A stretch of 63,325 nucleotides of DNA, filler included, from Chiloscyllium plagiosum (GCF_004010195.1; 3 parts of one record of this genome joined end to end with filler, not necessarily neighbours in it); one strand, 5' to 3'; shown: positions 25,270-38,186, counted from the whole stretch's first letter. Numbers and translations: made by a program. The notes: generated from the sequence alone by a model not told the origin.

Positions 25270-25610
25270 GAAGGTGTGGCATATTGGTAATGTCACTGGA
25301 CTAGTGATTCAGAACGCCAGATTCATGTTCTGGGGAAATAGGGTTTGAATCCCACCATGGTAGAAGTGAAAATTCAATTCAATAAAATGTTAGTTAATAA
25401 ATGACCATGGAATCACTATGGATGGTTGTAAAAACCTATCTGGTTCATTAAAGTCCTTTAAGGGACAAAATCTTCCATCCTTTCTTGGTCAGGCCTACAT
25501 GTGACTCCAGACCCACAGCAATACGGTTGATTCAGAACCTCCCTCTGGGCAAAAAGTCATGAGCAATTAATGCTGTCCTGCCCAGTGATGCCTACATTCT
25601 ATAAACAATT
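25270..25610 (+). mobile_element. Family-B tRNA-derived SINE (diverged)
   Basis: gggtttgaatccc B box; cctacatgtgactccagacccacagcaat core. Confidence 0.7.
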
Positions 25611-25906
25611 TTAAAAATGTTTACTCTAAGGAAACCCCACCTCAACTTATTATCATCTATTAAACCTCCCTTCAGCTTCCTCTGTTCAGAAGGAAACAAA
25701 TCCCATGTTATCCAATCTTTCCTCAGAACAAGAAGTGTCCATTCTCATAAAATTCCTCTGAGCCCTTTTCAGTACAATCACATCCTTCCTGTAATGCAAT
25801 GAGAAGTGAACAATTTCCTCTAATTGTGGTCTCGTATTTTATACAGTTGCCTGTAACCTCCCTGCTCTTATACTCCATACCTTCCTTAGCCAATAAAGGT
25901 ATCCTG

Positions 25907-26784
25907 GGATGGAAATGTGTTGCTGGAGAAGCGCAGCAGGTCAGGCAGCATCTAGGGAACAGGAGAATCGACGTTTCGGGCATTAGCCCTTCTTCAGGAA
26001 TGAGGAAAGTTTGTCCAGCAGGCTAAGATAAAAGATAGGGAGGAGGGACTTGGGGGAGGGGCGTCGGAAATGTGATAGGTGGAAAAAGGTCAAGGTGAGG
26101 GTGATAGGACAGATTGGGGTGGGGGCGGAGAGGTCGGGAAGAAGATTCTATCAGGACATAGTGATCAAAAATGGTGTGTTTTGGCTTGTGCATGAGATGA
26201 ATTTTCATAGACCAGCTGCCATATCTCACGAGGGTAGCAATCTAATCTCATTTTCACTGTCTTATCAATATAGTCAAGACTGCTTAAACAGGAGGTGCAA
26301 GACTTGCGCCCACACCTCCCCTCTCACCTCCCTCCAAGGCCCCAAAGGAAACTTCCATATCCGCCACAGATTCACCTGTACCTCCACACATATCATCTAT
26401 TGCATCCCCTGTACCCGATGTGGCCTCCTCTATATTGGGGAGACAGGCCGCCTACTTGCGAAGCGTTTCAGAGAACACCTCTGGGACACCCGGACCAACC
26501 AACCCAAACACCCTGTAGCTCAACATTTCAATTCCCCCTCCCACTCCACCAAGGATATGCAGATCTTTGGACTCCTCCATCGTCAGACCACAACAAAACG
26601 ACGGTTGGAGGAAGAACGCCTCATCTTCCGGCTAGGAACCCTCCAACCACAAGGGATGAACTCGGATTTCACCAGTTTCCTCATTTCCCCTCCCCACAGC
26701 CTGTCTCAGTCAAATCCATCTGCTGCGCTTCTCCAGCAACACATTTCCATCTCTGATCTCCAGCATCTGCAGACCTCATTTTCT
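25907..26784 (+). mobile_element. Penelope-like insertion: inverted terminal repeat, ~145-bp filler, open GIY-YIG endonuclease domain
   Basis: 16-bp TSD caataaaggtatcctg (25891-25906 and 26785-26800); RCKTC...IIYCIPCTRCGLLYIGETGRLLAKRFREH...LGTLQPQGMN. Confidence 0.9.
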
Positions 26785-27629
26785 CAATAAAGGTATCCTG
26801 CCTTTCCTTCCAAACCACCTTATCTACTTGTCCTGCTAACATCTGGCATGCATTCTCTCTAAGGCTCGTCAGTATTTCTCCGTATCTTCCTATTCATTGG
26901 GTATTCCCTTAACTCCTTTGCCCTCCCCTTCTCTTTGCCTCACATTTCCTGGATTGAATTCCATTTGCCACTCTTCCTCCCACAGCGAGGGCTGTGGAGT
27001 ACTCGAGAGAATGTTATAAAATGGAGTGTGTCAGAATGTTCCACTGAGAATTGTTGGGTAATCGGTGTCACAATGAGACATAATCTATCAGAATTATATA
27101 GTCGGGAGTTCAAGTGTCAACCCTCATTGTTGCTATTGCATTAGTCAGGTTACTCAAGCGAAATCTTGGGGGGAAATTATGGATAAACAATCAATAACCA
27201 ATGAAGAAATTTAGAAGGAAATTATGGTTATAAGTACTCTACAGCAGACTGTAAGTGAAGACCATTATCTCACAAAGATCAGCAAATCCTACAGCCAGTG
27301 ATTTTTCCAGCTTCAGCAGTTGCAACTGCTGTATCAGCGAGGACTCTGCCCTTCAGTTAGATAGCAAGGGATCACATGTTGACCCTTCAGACTGTCACAA
27401 GATCTATTATATTCAGAATAAAATGGGCAAGGCAGTTGCGCAGAACCCTCAGGGGAGCTGCCATTCATCCGGACCCAGTGTTGTCATCAGATCTATTTAA
27501 GGAATATACATTACAATAAAAATTACAATTCAATGTCCATTAATATTGCAGCATGCTTAATGTGTGATACTCATTTAACAGCTCAATTTGTCCCATATAA
27601 ACAAACATTCTCAGCAAAACATCCAAATT

Positions 27630-29040
27630 GTACCTGTGCCTCACAGTAACAGCTATCCACACTAATGTATCCCAATGCCTTAGAGTAACAGCTATCTCTA
27701 TCAGTATTGTATCCCAGACTCTTACAGTAACAGCTGTCTCACCAGTACTATATTCTGGATTAGTGGTGCTGGAAGAGCACAGCAGTTCAGGCAGCATTCG
27801 ACAAGCAGTAAAATCGACGTTTCGGGCAAAAGCCCTTCATCAGTAATACAGGCAGAGAGCCTGAAGGGAGTTCAGTACTATATCCTAGTGTCTTACTTTT
27901 ACGGCTGTTCCCAACAGTACTGTACCCATGTTATACAGCAACACATCTATTCTCACCAGTACTGTGTCCCCATGCTATAACTATATATCAGCATGTGCTG
28001 ATCAATACTATATCCAGTTATACAATGGTAAACCTGCCCCCAGCAGCACTGCATCCCAATGTTACACAGCAACAGACTGTATGTCAGTGTTATGCAATGA
28101 CTGAGCTGCATCCACCAGTATTTTACTCTAGTGTTGCACGGTCTCAGAACTGTATCCATCAGTACAGTACTCCTGTGTTATACAGTGTTCTCCCGTGTTA
28201 TACTCTAAGACACTTGGGTACAGTACTGTCTTAGAGTAACAGCAACTAATCTACACCCAGTGGTATTGCATCCCAGCGTTATGTAGTGACAGACCTATAC
28301 CCAATTAGTATACAGTGACAAACATGTATACACCAGTAGTGCACCCCAGTGTTACACAGCAACAGATCAGTTCTCAACAGTGGTGTACCCCATATTACAT
28401 AGCAACAGATGTGTCTCCATTAGTATTGCTACCCAGTGTTATTTAGTGACAGATCTATACCCAGCATACTGTGCTGACCATTCTCAGACCTGTATCCACT
28501 GGTTCTGTGCCCTGGTGTTACATGGTGAAAGACTTCTACGTACCAGCACTGTATCCAAGTGTGATATCTTCATGGACTGCCAATACTGTACCATGTCAAA
28601 CAGACAGGCCTAACCCCAGCAGTACCGTGCTATGAGTTATACAGTGATTGAACTATATCCACCAGTGCTGTACCCAAGTGTTATACCATAAAGATCTGTA
28701 TTCATCAGCACTGTATAGTGACAGATCTCTATCCACTGGTATTGTACGTGGGCTATATTGGCTTACCTGATTCCCCTGCACCAAGTACTATTCTCAGTGC
28801 TGTGCAGTAACAGATCTCTATCCAACAGTACTGTACCCCGATGTAATACAGTGACAGAAAGGGACTAAGCAGTTCTACAATGTTACATGAGGGTATGGGT
28901 TTACCACACTGTAATAAAGCATTAGATTAGTATCCCAGAGGAAAAAAGGAACAAACCTGTACTCACCAGTACGGAATATCATTCTTATATAATGGCAGAT
29001 ACCCGCTAGTGCTGTATCCCAGAACTATGCCACAACAGAC
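27630..29040. repeat. Degenerate minisatellite, unit of roughly 40 bp (cagtaacaga..ccagtactgta.cccagtgttata)
   Basis: Recurrent acagtaacag / ccagtactgt / cagtgtta motifs at regular spacing. Confidence 0.75.
27754..27872 (-). mobile_element. Penelope terminal-repeat fragment inserted in the minisatellite
   Basis: TSD cagtactatat at 27743-27753 and 27873-27883. Confidence 0.8.
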
Positions 29041-29928
29041 AGTAATGGTGGTGATGTGTTTCCACAGGCTGCTGTTACGACTTTACGCTTTTACGTGTAT
29101 ATTGTAACCCGCAGTCAGTGATGGAATACGCTCCATTTTTCTATCCAGGACATGGCTGGCCAGAAATCTCTCCCATTCTTACTGTCTCCCAATGGTGCAC
29201 GTTGGTAGGTTTTACAGTTTGATACTCTGTTTAGCCACTTTATGAACAGTTTCCTCAGAACAGGACTCAAATGCAGAGCTTCTGGCTCAGAGGGAACACT
29301 ACCACAAGACTGTTTAGCTACTGATAAATGGACACAGGATGGAGACTTCACAGCCTATTATACTCTAATTACAGTTCTGCTCCCTTTGACCTCATGATCA
29401 AACTGTCCGGAATCCAACAAACCAGAAACAAGGGGCACCAACTTAGCAGAGCCTGGAACAAAAGAGCCAGTAAGTTTGCAGTTCTCATTTCTGAGCTAGA
29501 GGTTTTTTAAAAAGATAGCCAAATAAGGAAAGTGAAAGTGAAATGAAGTATCAACAAAGTATTAACTTCTTAAAATGCCTAATCAACCCCACAAGCAGAT
29601 GCACAGTCCAACTCCACATGGATAAGAGTTAACCTTTGTTCTTCTTGACAGAAACTTTCTGCAAAAACAAGGCCCAAGAATGCATCCAACAATTGTTCTC
29701 TATTCAAAATATCAGATCTTTGTTCAGACCCACCAACTCCAGCTGTAATAGCAACCATAGAGGCTATAGGATTTCTCCTGTGATAAATAAACACATTACA
29801 CCTATACACAGCCTCTGCCCCACCTCTGTAATAAACCCCATTCATATCACCACTCCTCACAAATTTTGCAATGCTCTGATTTTGGCCTTGTACATTTTGT
29901 GCCTCTTTCATGTCACCATTGGCAGTTA

Positions 29929-30363
29929 ATAGAACATAGAACATAGAAGAATACAGCGCAGTACAGGCCCTTCGGCCCTCGATGTTGCGCCGATCCAAGC
30001 CCACCTAACCTACACTAGCCCACTATCCTCCATATGCCTATCCAATGCCCGCTTAAATGCCCATAATGAGGGAGAGTCCACCACTGCTACTGGCAGGGCA
30101 TTCCATGAACTCACGACTCGCTGAGTAAAGAACCTACCCCTAACATCTCTNNNNNNNNNNNNNNNNNNNNNNNNNNNNNNNNNNNNNNNNNNNNTTAATT
30201 AATTAANNNNNNNNNNNNNNNNNNNNNNNNNNNNNNNNNNNNNNNNNNNNCCTCTGACCCTACTAAAACATTTAAACCCTGGAACTTGCAACAGCCAATC
30301 CTGTCCCTGTTCTACCCATGTCTCCGTAATAGCCACAACATCGAAGTCCCAGGTACCAACCCA
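29929..30363 (-). mobile_element. Young CR1 element spanning an assembly gap
   Basis: (tagaaca)n tail and 3' UTR left of the gap; endonuclease-region sequence (FDVVAITETW) right of the gap. Confidence 0.75.
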
Positions 30364-30474
30364 CATATGGAGGAGAATGGAATAGTGTAGGTTAGATGGG
30401 CTTCAGATCAGTTCCACAGGTCAGCGCAGCATTGAGAGGAAAAAAAGTAGGCTGACAAAAGTGCCTATTGATAC

Positions 30475-31372
30475 TGTTATGGACTAGGCCAGACCGCTCA
30501 AAACATTCTTAAGCAGGCAGCCCAGATGATAACCTTGCAAGTTGCTTCGGTAAGTGTACAGTGAGAATTACTCTGAGGAAGTTAGCTAGGTTGACTACTA
30601 GGTTTTAAAACTGACAAAATTACACAAAGAACAGAATAAAGAACCCACACAGAACTCAGTCTGTGCAACTAGACTTAATTATGCTGTTGCGAATGTACAC
30701 AACAGTCCTAGTAACCAAACCCACTTAAAAACAGTTTTTAAAAAAATGGAATGGGTACTTACAGGTTGAAGTTAGAGGGGCAGAAAGAGAGAGAGAGCCT
30801 GTTTCCACATAGCTGAACTCCTAACTAGTTCTGGACTGACCTGCTCAGCAAGAGAGCTGACCACTCCTTTTTTATTATACAGGTCACTTCTAAAACATGA
30901 CCACTTTAACCTGAAGTCTCATCTGTTTACATGTAAACAAAAAGGCCTCTCAATACCCTTTAATCTCTGGACCAAACGAGTCTAATCAGAACTGGGAGCA
31001 ATTGATTACCCCTCTGAAAAAGACCAAGGGCACAAGTATGGGAACGGCAAATATGAGGGGACACAACTTTAAAGTGAGGGGAGGTAGGTATAAGACAGAT
31101 ATCAGAGATAGTTTCTTTACTCAGAGAGTAGTAAGGGCATGGAATGCTTTGCCTGCAACGGTAGTAGATTTGCCAAGTTTAAGTCGTCATTGGACAGGCA
31201 TATGGACGTACATGGAATAGTGTAGGTGGGATGGGCTTCAGATTAGTATGACAGGGTGGCGCAACATCGAGGGCCAAAGGGTTTGTACTGCACTGTAATG
31301 TTCTATGTTCTATGACACAGTATCCTTGAGAAAAGGAACAGCTTTCAGAAAAAAGGGACCAGCTTTGTGACA
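30475..31372. mobile_element. Probable solo LTR (TG...CA) interrupted by a CR1 3' fragment (~31035-31312)
   Basis: Begins TGTTAT, ends GTGACA, flanked by a 4-bp TSD atac (30471-30474 and 31373-31376). Confidence 0.6.
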
Positions 31373-32349
31373 ATACTACGCTCATAGAATGTTATGCTTT
31401 ATTCGAAGGGAAATGAATTCAAAACTGCGGAAGGTTATGCTTCAGTTACCCAGAGCACTGGTGTGACCATATCTGCAGTACAGTGTACAATATTTTGAAA
31501 TTCCATTCCTCAAAAGGCAGTAGTGCAGAACCTTTAAATATTTTTAAGGCATAGGTTGATAGACCAAGGGGATGAAAGATTATTGGGGACGTGCAGTAAT
31601 GGAGAGTTGAGGTTAAAATTAGACGGGCCACGGTGGAGCAGGCTTGAAGGGTACAAGTGGTCTATTCTTCTTCCTTGTTTGTACAGCCCCTATCCCCACT
31701 GCCCGCCCCCTCATGCTCCAGCTAATTCATTTCCAGCCCCTTTCTCACAATAGATTACATGCATTTCACAGCATAGAAACAGGCCATTCGGCCTTCTGCT
31801 AGTATTTCTGCTCCACGAGTCTCCTACACACCCCCACCCCTTCCCAACTCATATGGGCCGGGGGATAAATGCAATGGAGGTGCACAGTCATTCATGATCT
31901 TGTTGAACAACAGGCCAGGCCAAACAGCCCCTATTCGATATTGTTATATAAAGGAGGCACATAGTTAGCCTGACTCCTTCTGCTCTGCAACATTTCCTCT
32001 TCATGCATTTGTCTAATTTCCTCTTGGAATATGGGAATAAACTTGCCTGCGAGCCAGTACATTCCTGATCATCCTAATTCACGGAGTTAAATCAGGACTT
32101 GAAACTACCCCCAGAACATAAGCACATTTTTAATTCTGTCCTATCCCTTCCCATGTCTTCTCACTTGTCCTTGTTAAAATCCTTGAGAGTGTTTGTCTCC
32201 AAGGAGAACGATATAACATTTAGCCACGCTGTAATTTCAGGAAACAATTGATTTTCAAATCACATCTGTACAAAAATGCTGTATAAAGTTTCTTCAAATA
32301 TTGGGCCTGCTCCTGCCAAAGACAGCAAAACTAACTCCTCCGCACCACT

Positions 32350-32370
32350 CCCCCCCCCCCCCCCCCCCAA

Positions 32371-32402
<32 letters not shown>
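32350..32402. repeat. Poly-C run and (CT)n microsatellite
   Basis: Read directly. Confidence 0.95.
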
Positions 32403-32405
<3 letters not shown>

Positions 32406-33102
32406 CTCCCCCACCAGCTGTGAGCTTGTAAGGTTCCAGTTCAGCAGTTAGTAGAAGCCGTAGTGATTGTGCATGTACAAAAAAGCAATGACACAGCACT
32501 AAACGATGGGCTGTTTAAACAGGATAAATGGCTTGCTGGCCAGCAAAATGTTATGCTTACATTAGGAGTCTGACGGACTATGCAAAGTGAAGAACCAATC
32601 TGCAATACTTGCTACTCACAACCCATCAATCAGGCAGAGTTCAAAACACCATCAGTCTGCACTTTCAGCAGACTGACGTACACAGAATTACTGAGAAAGT
32701 ACTCAACTGCTCTACACTTTAATTTATTCTGTGACTGATTGGGGAATAACATTGTCCCTTTGGGATTTTAGAGTGGGAGTAATTTGGAAGCAGTTTGCTC
32801 CACTGGAAGTTTACACATTAGGAGGTTGCAGAAATTACTGGTTAGGCCACAGCTGGAGTACTGTGTGCAGTCTGGTCATCACATTCTAAAAGATAAAGTC
32901 TCGACAGTCTCACCAATCCATAGGATGTCTCGAATGAGAGAATAGATCGGAGGTGGTGGTTTAACCTGAAGGTCACCTTGTCTCATAAGGGGAGAGTTTG
33001 AGAAGGAGAGTCCTTCATGCTAACTTCAGCTAGTACAGGAATTGAATCCACACTGCAGCCAGCACTTCCTTGCAAACCAGCTGTCCAGCTTTCAGCTTAC
33101 TT

Positions 33103-33205
33103 AAAAATATAGAACTTTTCACAAACTCTCATGAATCCTAGCACAGGAGCCATGCTAAACATCTCTGCATTGTTTCAATGTTAGTATATTTGCTGAAGTG
33201 ATCAT
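33103..33205 (-). pseudogene. RNU6: U6 snRNA retro-pseudogene, near full length and diverged
   Basis: The reverse complement aligns end to end with U6: ...cagcaaatatactaacattgaaacaatgcagagatgtttagcatggctcctgtgctaggat...gtgaaaagttctatattttt. The ACAGAGA box reads GCAGAGA. Confidence 0.85.
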
Positions 33206-33989
33206 GACATTATAACAAGATATGGGAGCACTGGAGAGGATGCAGAGGAGATTTACCAGGAATCAGCCTGGGCTGGACGGCCTGAGCTATGAGAAAAGAC
33301 TGGGCAGGCTTGGGTTGTTTTCCTTGGAGTAGCAAAGGTTGAGAGGGGACTTCATACAGTTCTGTAAAATTGAGGGCCATAGATAGGGTGGATAGGAAGG
33401 CACTTTTCCATTAGTAGAGGGGTCACTAACCAGAGGGCATAGATTTAACATAAGGGGTATAAAGCTGAGGGGAGTTGAAGCGAATATTTTTCGCCCAAGG
33501 ATTGAGAGAGTCTGGAACTCACCGCCTGAAAGTATGTTTGAGTCAGATACTCTTGAAATATTCAGCAGTATTTAGATATTCACTTGAGTTGCCACAGCCT
33601 CCAGGACATAAGAATGTAAGAAACAGTAGCAGGAGTAGGCCATCTGGCCCCTCGAGCCTGCTCCACCATTCAATAAGATCTTTTTGTGGACTCAGCTCCA
33701 CTTACCCACCCACTCACCATAACCCTTAATTCCTTTACTGTTAAAAAATTTATCTTCACCTTAAAAACATTCACTCAATTGCTTCACTGGGCAGGGAATT
33801 CCACAGGACTATGGACTAAAATCTTGAAAATGGAATTAGTGTAGATAGGTCTTTGTTGGCCAGCACACACATGATGAGTTGAATGGAGACCTTCTGTACA
33901 AACATCTGTGAATCTACAACAGGAATTTCTGGGAAGGGGTCTGCTGCATTGAGATTCCTGGGAACATATGTACACAAATCCTTGAAGCT

Positions 33990-34166
33990 CAGGTTATAAG
34001 TTTTGCTCACTTGGCTGGTAGATTTGTTCTCAGACATTTCATCACCATGCGAGGTAACATCAGTGAGCCTCCGTTGAAGTCTGAGAATAAATCTACCAGC
34101 TCAGCGAGCAAACTTACAACCTGAACCTCAATCTGATCTCCAAATCTTCTCAAAAAAATCACAAAC
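33990..34166. mobile_element. Short fold-back Penelope terminal-repeat insertion
   Basis: TSD atccttgaagct (33978-33989 and 34167-34178); 33990-34035 is the inverse of 34079-34123. Confidence 0.7.
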
Positions 34167-34509
34167 ATCCTTGAAGCTGTCAGATAGGTGGAGATGGCTG
34201 ACCAAATGATAAATGAGGATTCCTGGCTTCATTGATAGAGTTGTAAATTAGCATCCATGTAAAACTATATAGAGGGTTTATCAGTCTGACATAGCAGTGG
34301 GACACAGACAGACTTCACGCTATTGTTTAAAAAGTTGAGTCCAAAACAATTTCTGGGATTTACATATGAAAGAATTGAAACCAAACTGCTTATTCTAAAA
34401 GATGAGAGAGTTAAATAATCCAGGCCTTTCTCAATACATAATTTTAGTTCCATCACATTGTAAACTTTTGCTATAAATTCTGTGTCTTACGATTTTATAC
34501 TCCACAACA

Positions 34510-34817
34510 GGCGGCACGGTGGCACAGTGGTTAGCACTGCTGCCTCACAGCGCCTGAGACCCAGGTTCAATTCCCGCCTCAGGCGACTGACTGTGTGGAG
34601 TTTGCACGTTCTCCCCGTGTCTGCGTGGGTTTCCTCCGGATGCTCCGGTTTCCTCCCACAGTCCAAAAGATGTGCAGGGTCAGGTGAATTGGCCATGCTA
34701 AATTGCCCGTAGTGTTCGGTAAGGGGTAAATGTAGGGGTATGGGTGGGTTTCGCTTCGGCGGGTCGGTGTGGACTTGTTGGGCCGAAGGGCCTGTTTCCA
34801 CACTGTAATGTAATCTA
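34510..34817 (+). mobile_element. HE1-like V-SINE, young
   Basis: ggcggcacggtggcacagtggttagcactgctgcctcacag head, V-domain, CR1-type tail. Confidence 0.92.
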
Positions 34818-34825
34818 AAAAAAAC

Positions 34826-34860
34826 CACCTGATGAAGGAGCAGTGCTCTGAAAGCTAGTG
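34826..34860 (+). ncRNA. Minimal hammerhead ribozyme motif (Penelope-type)
   Basis: cac-CTGATGA-a-ggagc agt gctct-GAAA-gc-ta-gtg: stem I cac/gtg, stem II, CUA triplet. Confidence 0.6.
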
Positions 34861-35267
34861 CTTCCAAAAAAACCTGTTGGACTATAACCTGGTGTTGTGT
34901 GATTTTTAAACTTTGTCCACCCCAGTCCAACACCAGTACCTCCAAATCATTAATGGAGGGAGAGAGTACACAAGCTGGGAAGCTTTGATTAAACATTTCT
35001 AAATCATCAATACTCAACCTAAAGTATTGTGTACAATTTTGGAAATGTGTCATGGGTTGAAGCAGAGGGGACTGACCAGATTGAGGGACTTCAGTGACTT
35101 AGACAGAGTGGAGGCGCTGGGTTTGGCTGCTTGCTACAAGTAGGGAGGGAGATGTTCAGCTTGAGAAAAATCAATAAGGCAAAGCTGCTTATGAAGAGGA
35201 AGAACCCAAGCTCAACATCAAGTTGCTGTGATCTGAAATGCACTGCCTGATTCAATAATAATTTCAA

Positions 35268-35580
35268 TAGAATCCCCACACCGTGGAAGCTAGCCGTTTG
35301 GCCCATCCACTCCACACTGACCCTCTGAAGAGCATCCCACCCAAACCAAACTGTGTAACCCTACGTTTGTCACAGTTAATCCACCCAGCTTGCACATCCC
35401 GGAACACTATGGGCAATTTAGCATGGCCGATGCACCCAATCTGCACATCTTTGAACTGTGGGAGGAAACCCACATAGACGTGGGGAAAGCGTACAAACTC
35501 CACAGAGACAGCCGCCCGAGAGTGTAACCGAATCTAGGCCCCTGGTGCTGTGAGACAGCAGTGCTAACCACTGAGTCATT
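35268..35580 (-). mobile_element. HE1-like V-SINE, older
   Basis: V-domain and tRNA head. Confidence 0.85.
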
Positions 35581-37219
35581 TTGCTGCCTGTTTCTTTTCA
35601 AAAGAAAATTGGGGAAACCTTTGAAAAGGAGACACGCGCAGGGCAATAGAGAAAGAGAAGGGATGGCACATTAATTGGAGAGCTCTTTTAAAAGGTACAG
35701 CTCAAGGGGCCGAACGGTCTGTCTTTTGCTCTGTTAAAATTCGATGAAACGGCATGAGAAACGACTGGATCTAGCAGCGTGGAGTAAATGGAAAGTTGTC
35801 GTTGCTCAATCCCACGTTTGCTGTACTCAAACTGCAGGATGCAACTCCTGTTTGAACAGTTGGTAGCTTACTGAGTAAGCGAGTGAAAACAGAGTTTACA
35901 ATAAACTGGAGAAGGACTCTCGCTCATTCCCACTTGAAACACCCTCAACATCCTGAATAAATCAGCCTTGTGAGACCAGCTGATGCAGTTCAGAAGAATC
36001 CTGCCTGTGTGCTAAATAGCTGAGTGATGCAGTGCACTTAATCTCAAGAGGCTGGACAGAGTCCAGTTTGAGCAGAACGCTCAGCTGCTGTGTCAGCAGC
36101 CTACTGCAGTCACTGTGCTCTGTCAGGGACAAGCCTAGGTGTGAGCAACGAAGCCCATGGTCATGAAAGAAAGGAAACATTCCACTTTAATAGCCTTGAG
36201 CACCAGGATTCGGAAATGTTCTGTTACTATCACATTTGCTACTTTCTTCATTTATTGCCACTGTCTTCCTGAACTCTGCAGGAAGCACTGACCTGGACGA
36301 GGTGCTCGCTCCCAGCCACTCTACAGTGCTCCCCCTCCCAGTTTAACTTCCCCCACCACCAGGATAAATAGGTTAATCTCAGGCATGCCACAGGGATCAG
36401 AGCTATTTACAATCTACATCAGTGACTTGGATAGAGGGACTAACTGCATTGTAGGCAGATTTGCTGATGACACCAAGATAGGCAGGAAAATAAGTCGGGA
36501 GGAGAATGCGAAGAATCTACAAAAATTCATTAAGTTGGCAAAGACATTGACAGATGAAGTATAACGTGTCCACTTTGGCAGGAGGAAGAGAAAAACAGAA
36601 TAGCATTTAAATGGAGAGAGAACACAGTCCAGAGGAATCTGGGAGTCCTGGTACACGATCACAAAATGTTGGCACACAAATACAGCAAGTAATTAGGAAG
36701 GCAAATGAAATTTGTCATTCGTAGACAAAGGAATAGAATTAACTTTACTGCAAAGGGGGCAGAGCACCAGTGAGCTCACACCAACAGCACTGTGTGGAGT
36801 TCTGGCCTTCTGACCTAAGAAGGGAAAAACACTTCAGAGAAGGATCATGAGGCTGACTCCTAGGAAGGCAGGGCACTTCCTGACAGGGAATCGTTAGACA
36901 CACAGGCCCTGTATGGAATGCAATGCCTGGAAATGTGGTGGATGCAGCTCAATTGAGCCATTCAGGAGGGGCAGTGGGTGATTATTCAGATAGAAATGGT
37001 GAGCAAGAGTATTTAGGAAAGGCAGGAGATTACCTTGTGCCAATGAGGCTGGTTTGAAGAGCCAATTTCACACAATGGACCAAATTCTTTCTTCATCAAA
37101 ACAATTTTGTGATTTTTTTTTAATCTATTGGAATTGAGATAACATTTTTGAAACACAAGATCCTGAGGGGACAGGAGTAGGTTGGGCTATGGTGGTGAAA
37201 CATGTGGTGCTGGAAAAGC

Positions 37220-38065
37220 AATAGACAATAGGTGCAGGAGTAGGCCATTCTGCCCTTCGAGCCTGCACCACCATTTATTATGATCATGCCTGATCATCCT
37301 TAATCAGTATCCTGTTCCTGCCTTATCCCCATAACCAATGATTCCACTATCCTTGAGAGCTCTATCCAACTCTTTCTGAAATGAATCCAGTGACTGGGCC
37401 TCCACTGCCTTCTGGGGCAGAGCATTCCACACAGCCACTACTCTCTGGGTGACGAAGTTTCTCCTCACCTCTATCCTAAACTATCTACTCCGTATTTTTA
37501 AGCTGTGTCCTCTGGTACGGCACTCACCCATCAGTGAAACATGTTTCCTGCCTCCAGAGTGTTCAATCCTTTAATAATTTTATATGTCTCAATCATCTGG
37601 GTGAAGAAGTTTCTCCTCATCTCTGTCCTAAATGATCTACCCCGTATATTTAAGCTGTGTCCTCTGGTTCGGCACTCACCCATCAGTGAAACATGTTTCC
37701 TGCCTCCAGAGTGTTCAATCCTTTAATAATTTTATATGTCTCAATCAGATCCCCTCTCAGTCTTCTAAAGTCAAGGGTATACAAGTCCAGTCGCTCCAGT
37801 CTTTCAGCATAAGATAGTCCCGCCATTCCAGGAATTGACCTCGTGAACCTACGCTGCACTCCCTCAATAGCCAGAATGTCATTCCTCAAATTTGGAGACC
37901 AGAACTGCACACAGTACTCCAGGTGTGGTCTCACCTGGGCCCTGTGCAGCTGCAGAAGAACCTCTTTGTTTCTATACTCAATCCCTCTTGTTATGAAGGC
38001 CAGCATGCTATTAGCCTTCTTCACTACCTACTGTACCTGCATGCTTACCTTCATTGACTGGTGTA
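37220..38065 (-). mobile_element. CR1 3' fragment with a 152-bp internal tandem duplication (37444-37595 / 37596-37747)
   Basis: KKANSMLAFITRGIEYRNKEVLLQL..VRPHLEYCVQFWSP; duplicated block read directly. Confidence 0.88.
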
Positions 38066-38186
38066 CAGCTGGTCAGGCAGCATCTGAGGAGCAGGAGAGT
38101 CAGCATTCCTGATGAAGAGCTTACACTTGAAACGTTGACTCTCATGCTCCTCAGATGCTGCCTGACCGGCTGCTGTGCTTTTCCAG

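Noticed and set aside
30195..30206. TTAATTAATTAA embedded in N runs (also 59026-59037)
   Set aside because: Identical 12-mer centred in two 100-nt gaps: a scaffolding spacer, not biology.
34510..34585. tRNA-like sequences at SINE heads
   Set aside because: They continue into the V-domain and LINE tail; these are SINE promoters, not tRNA genes.
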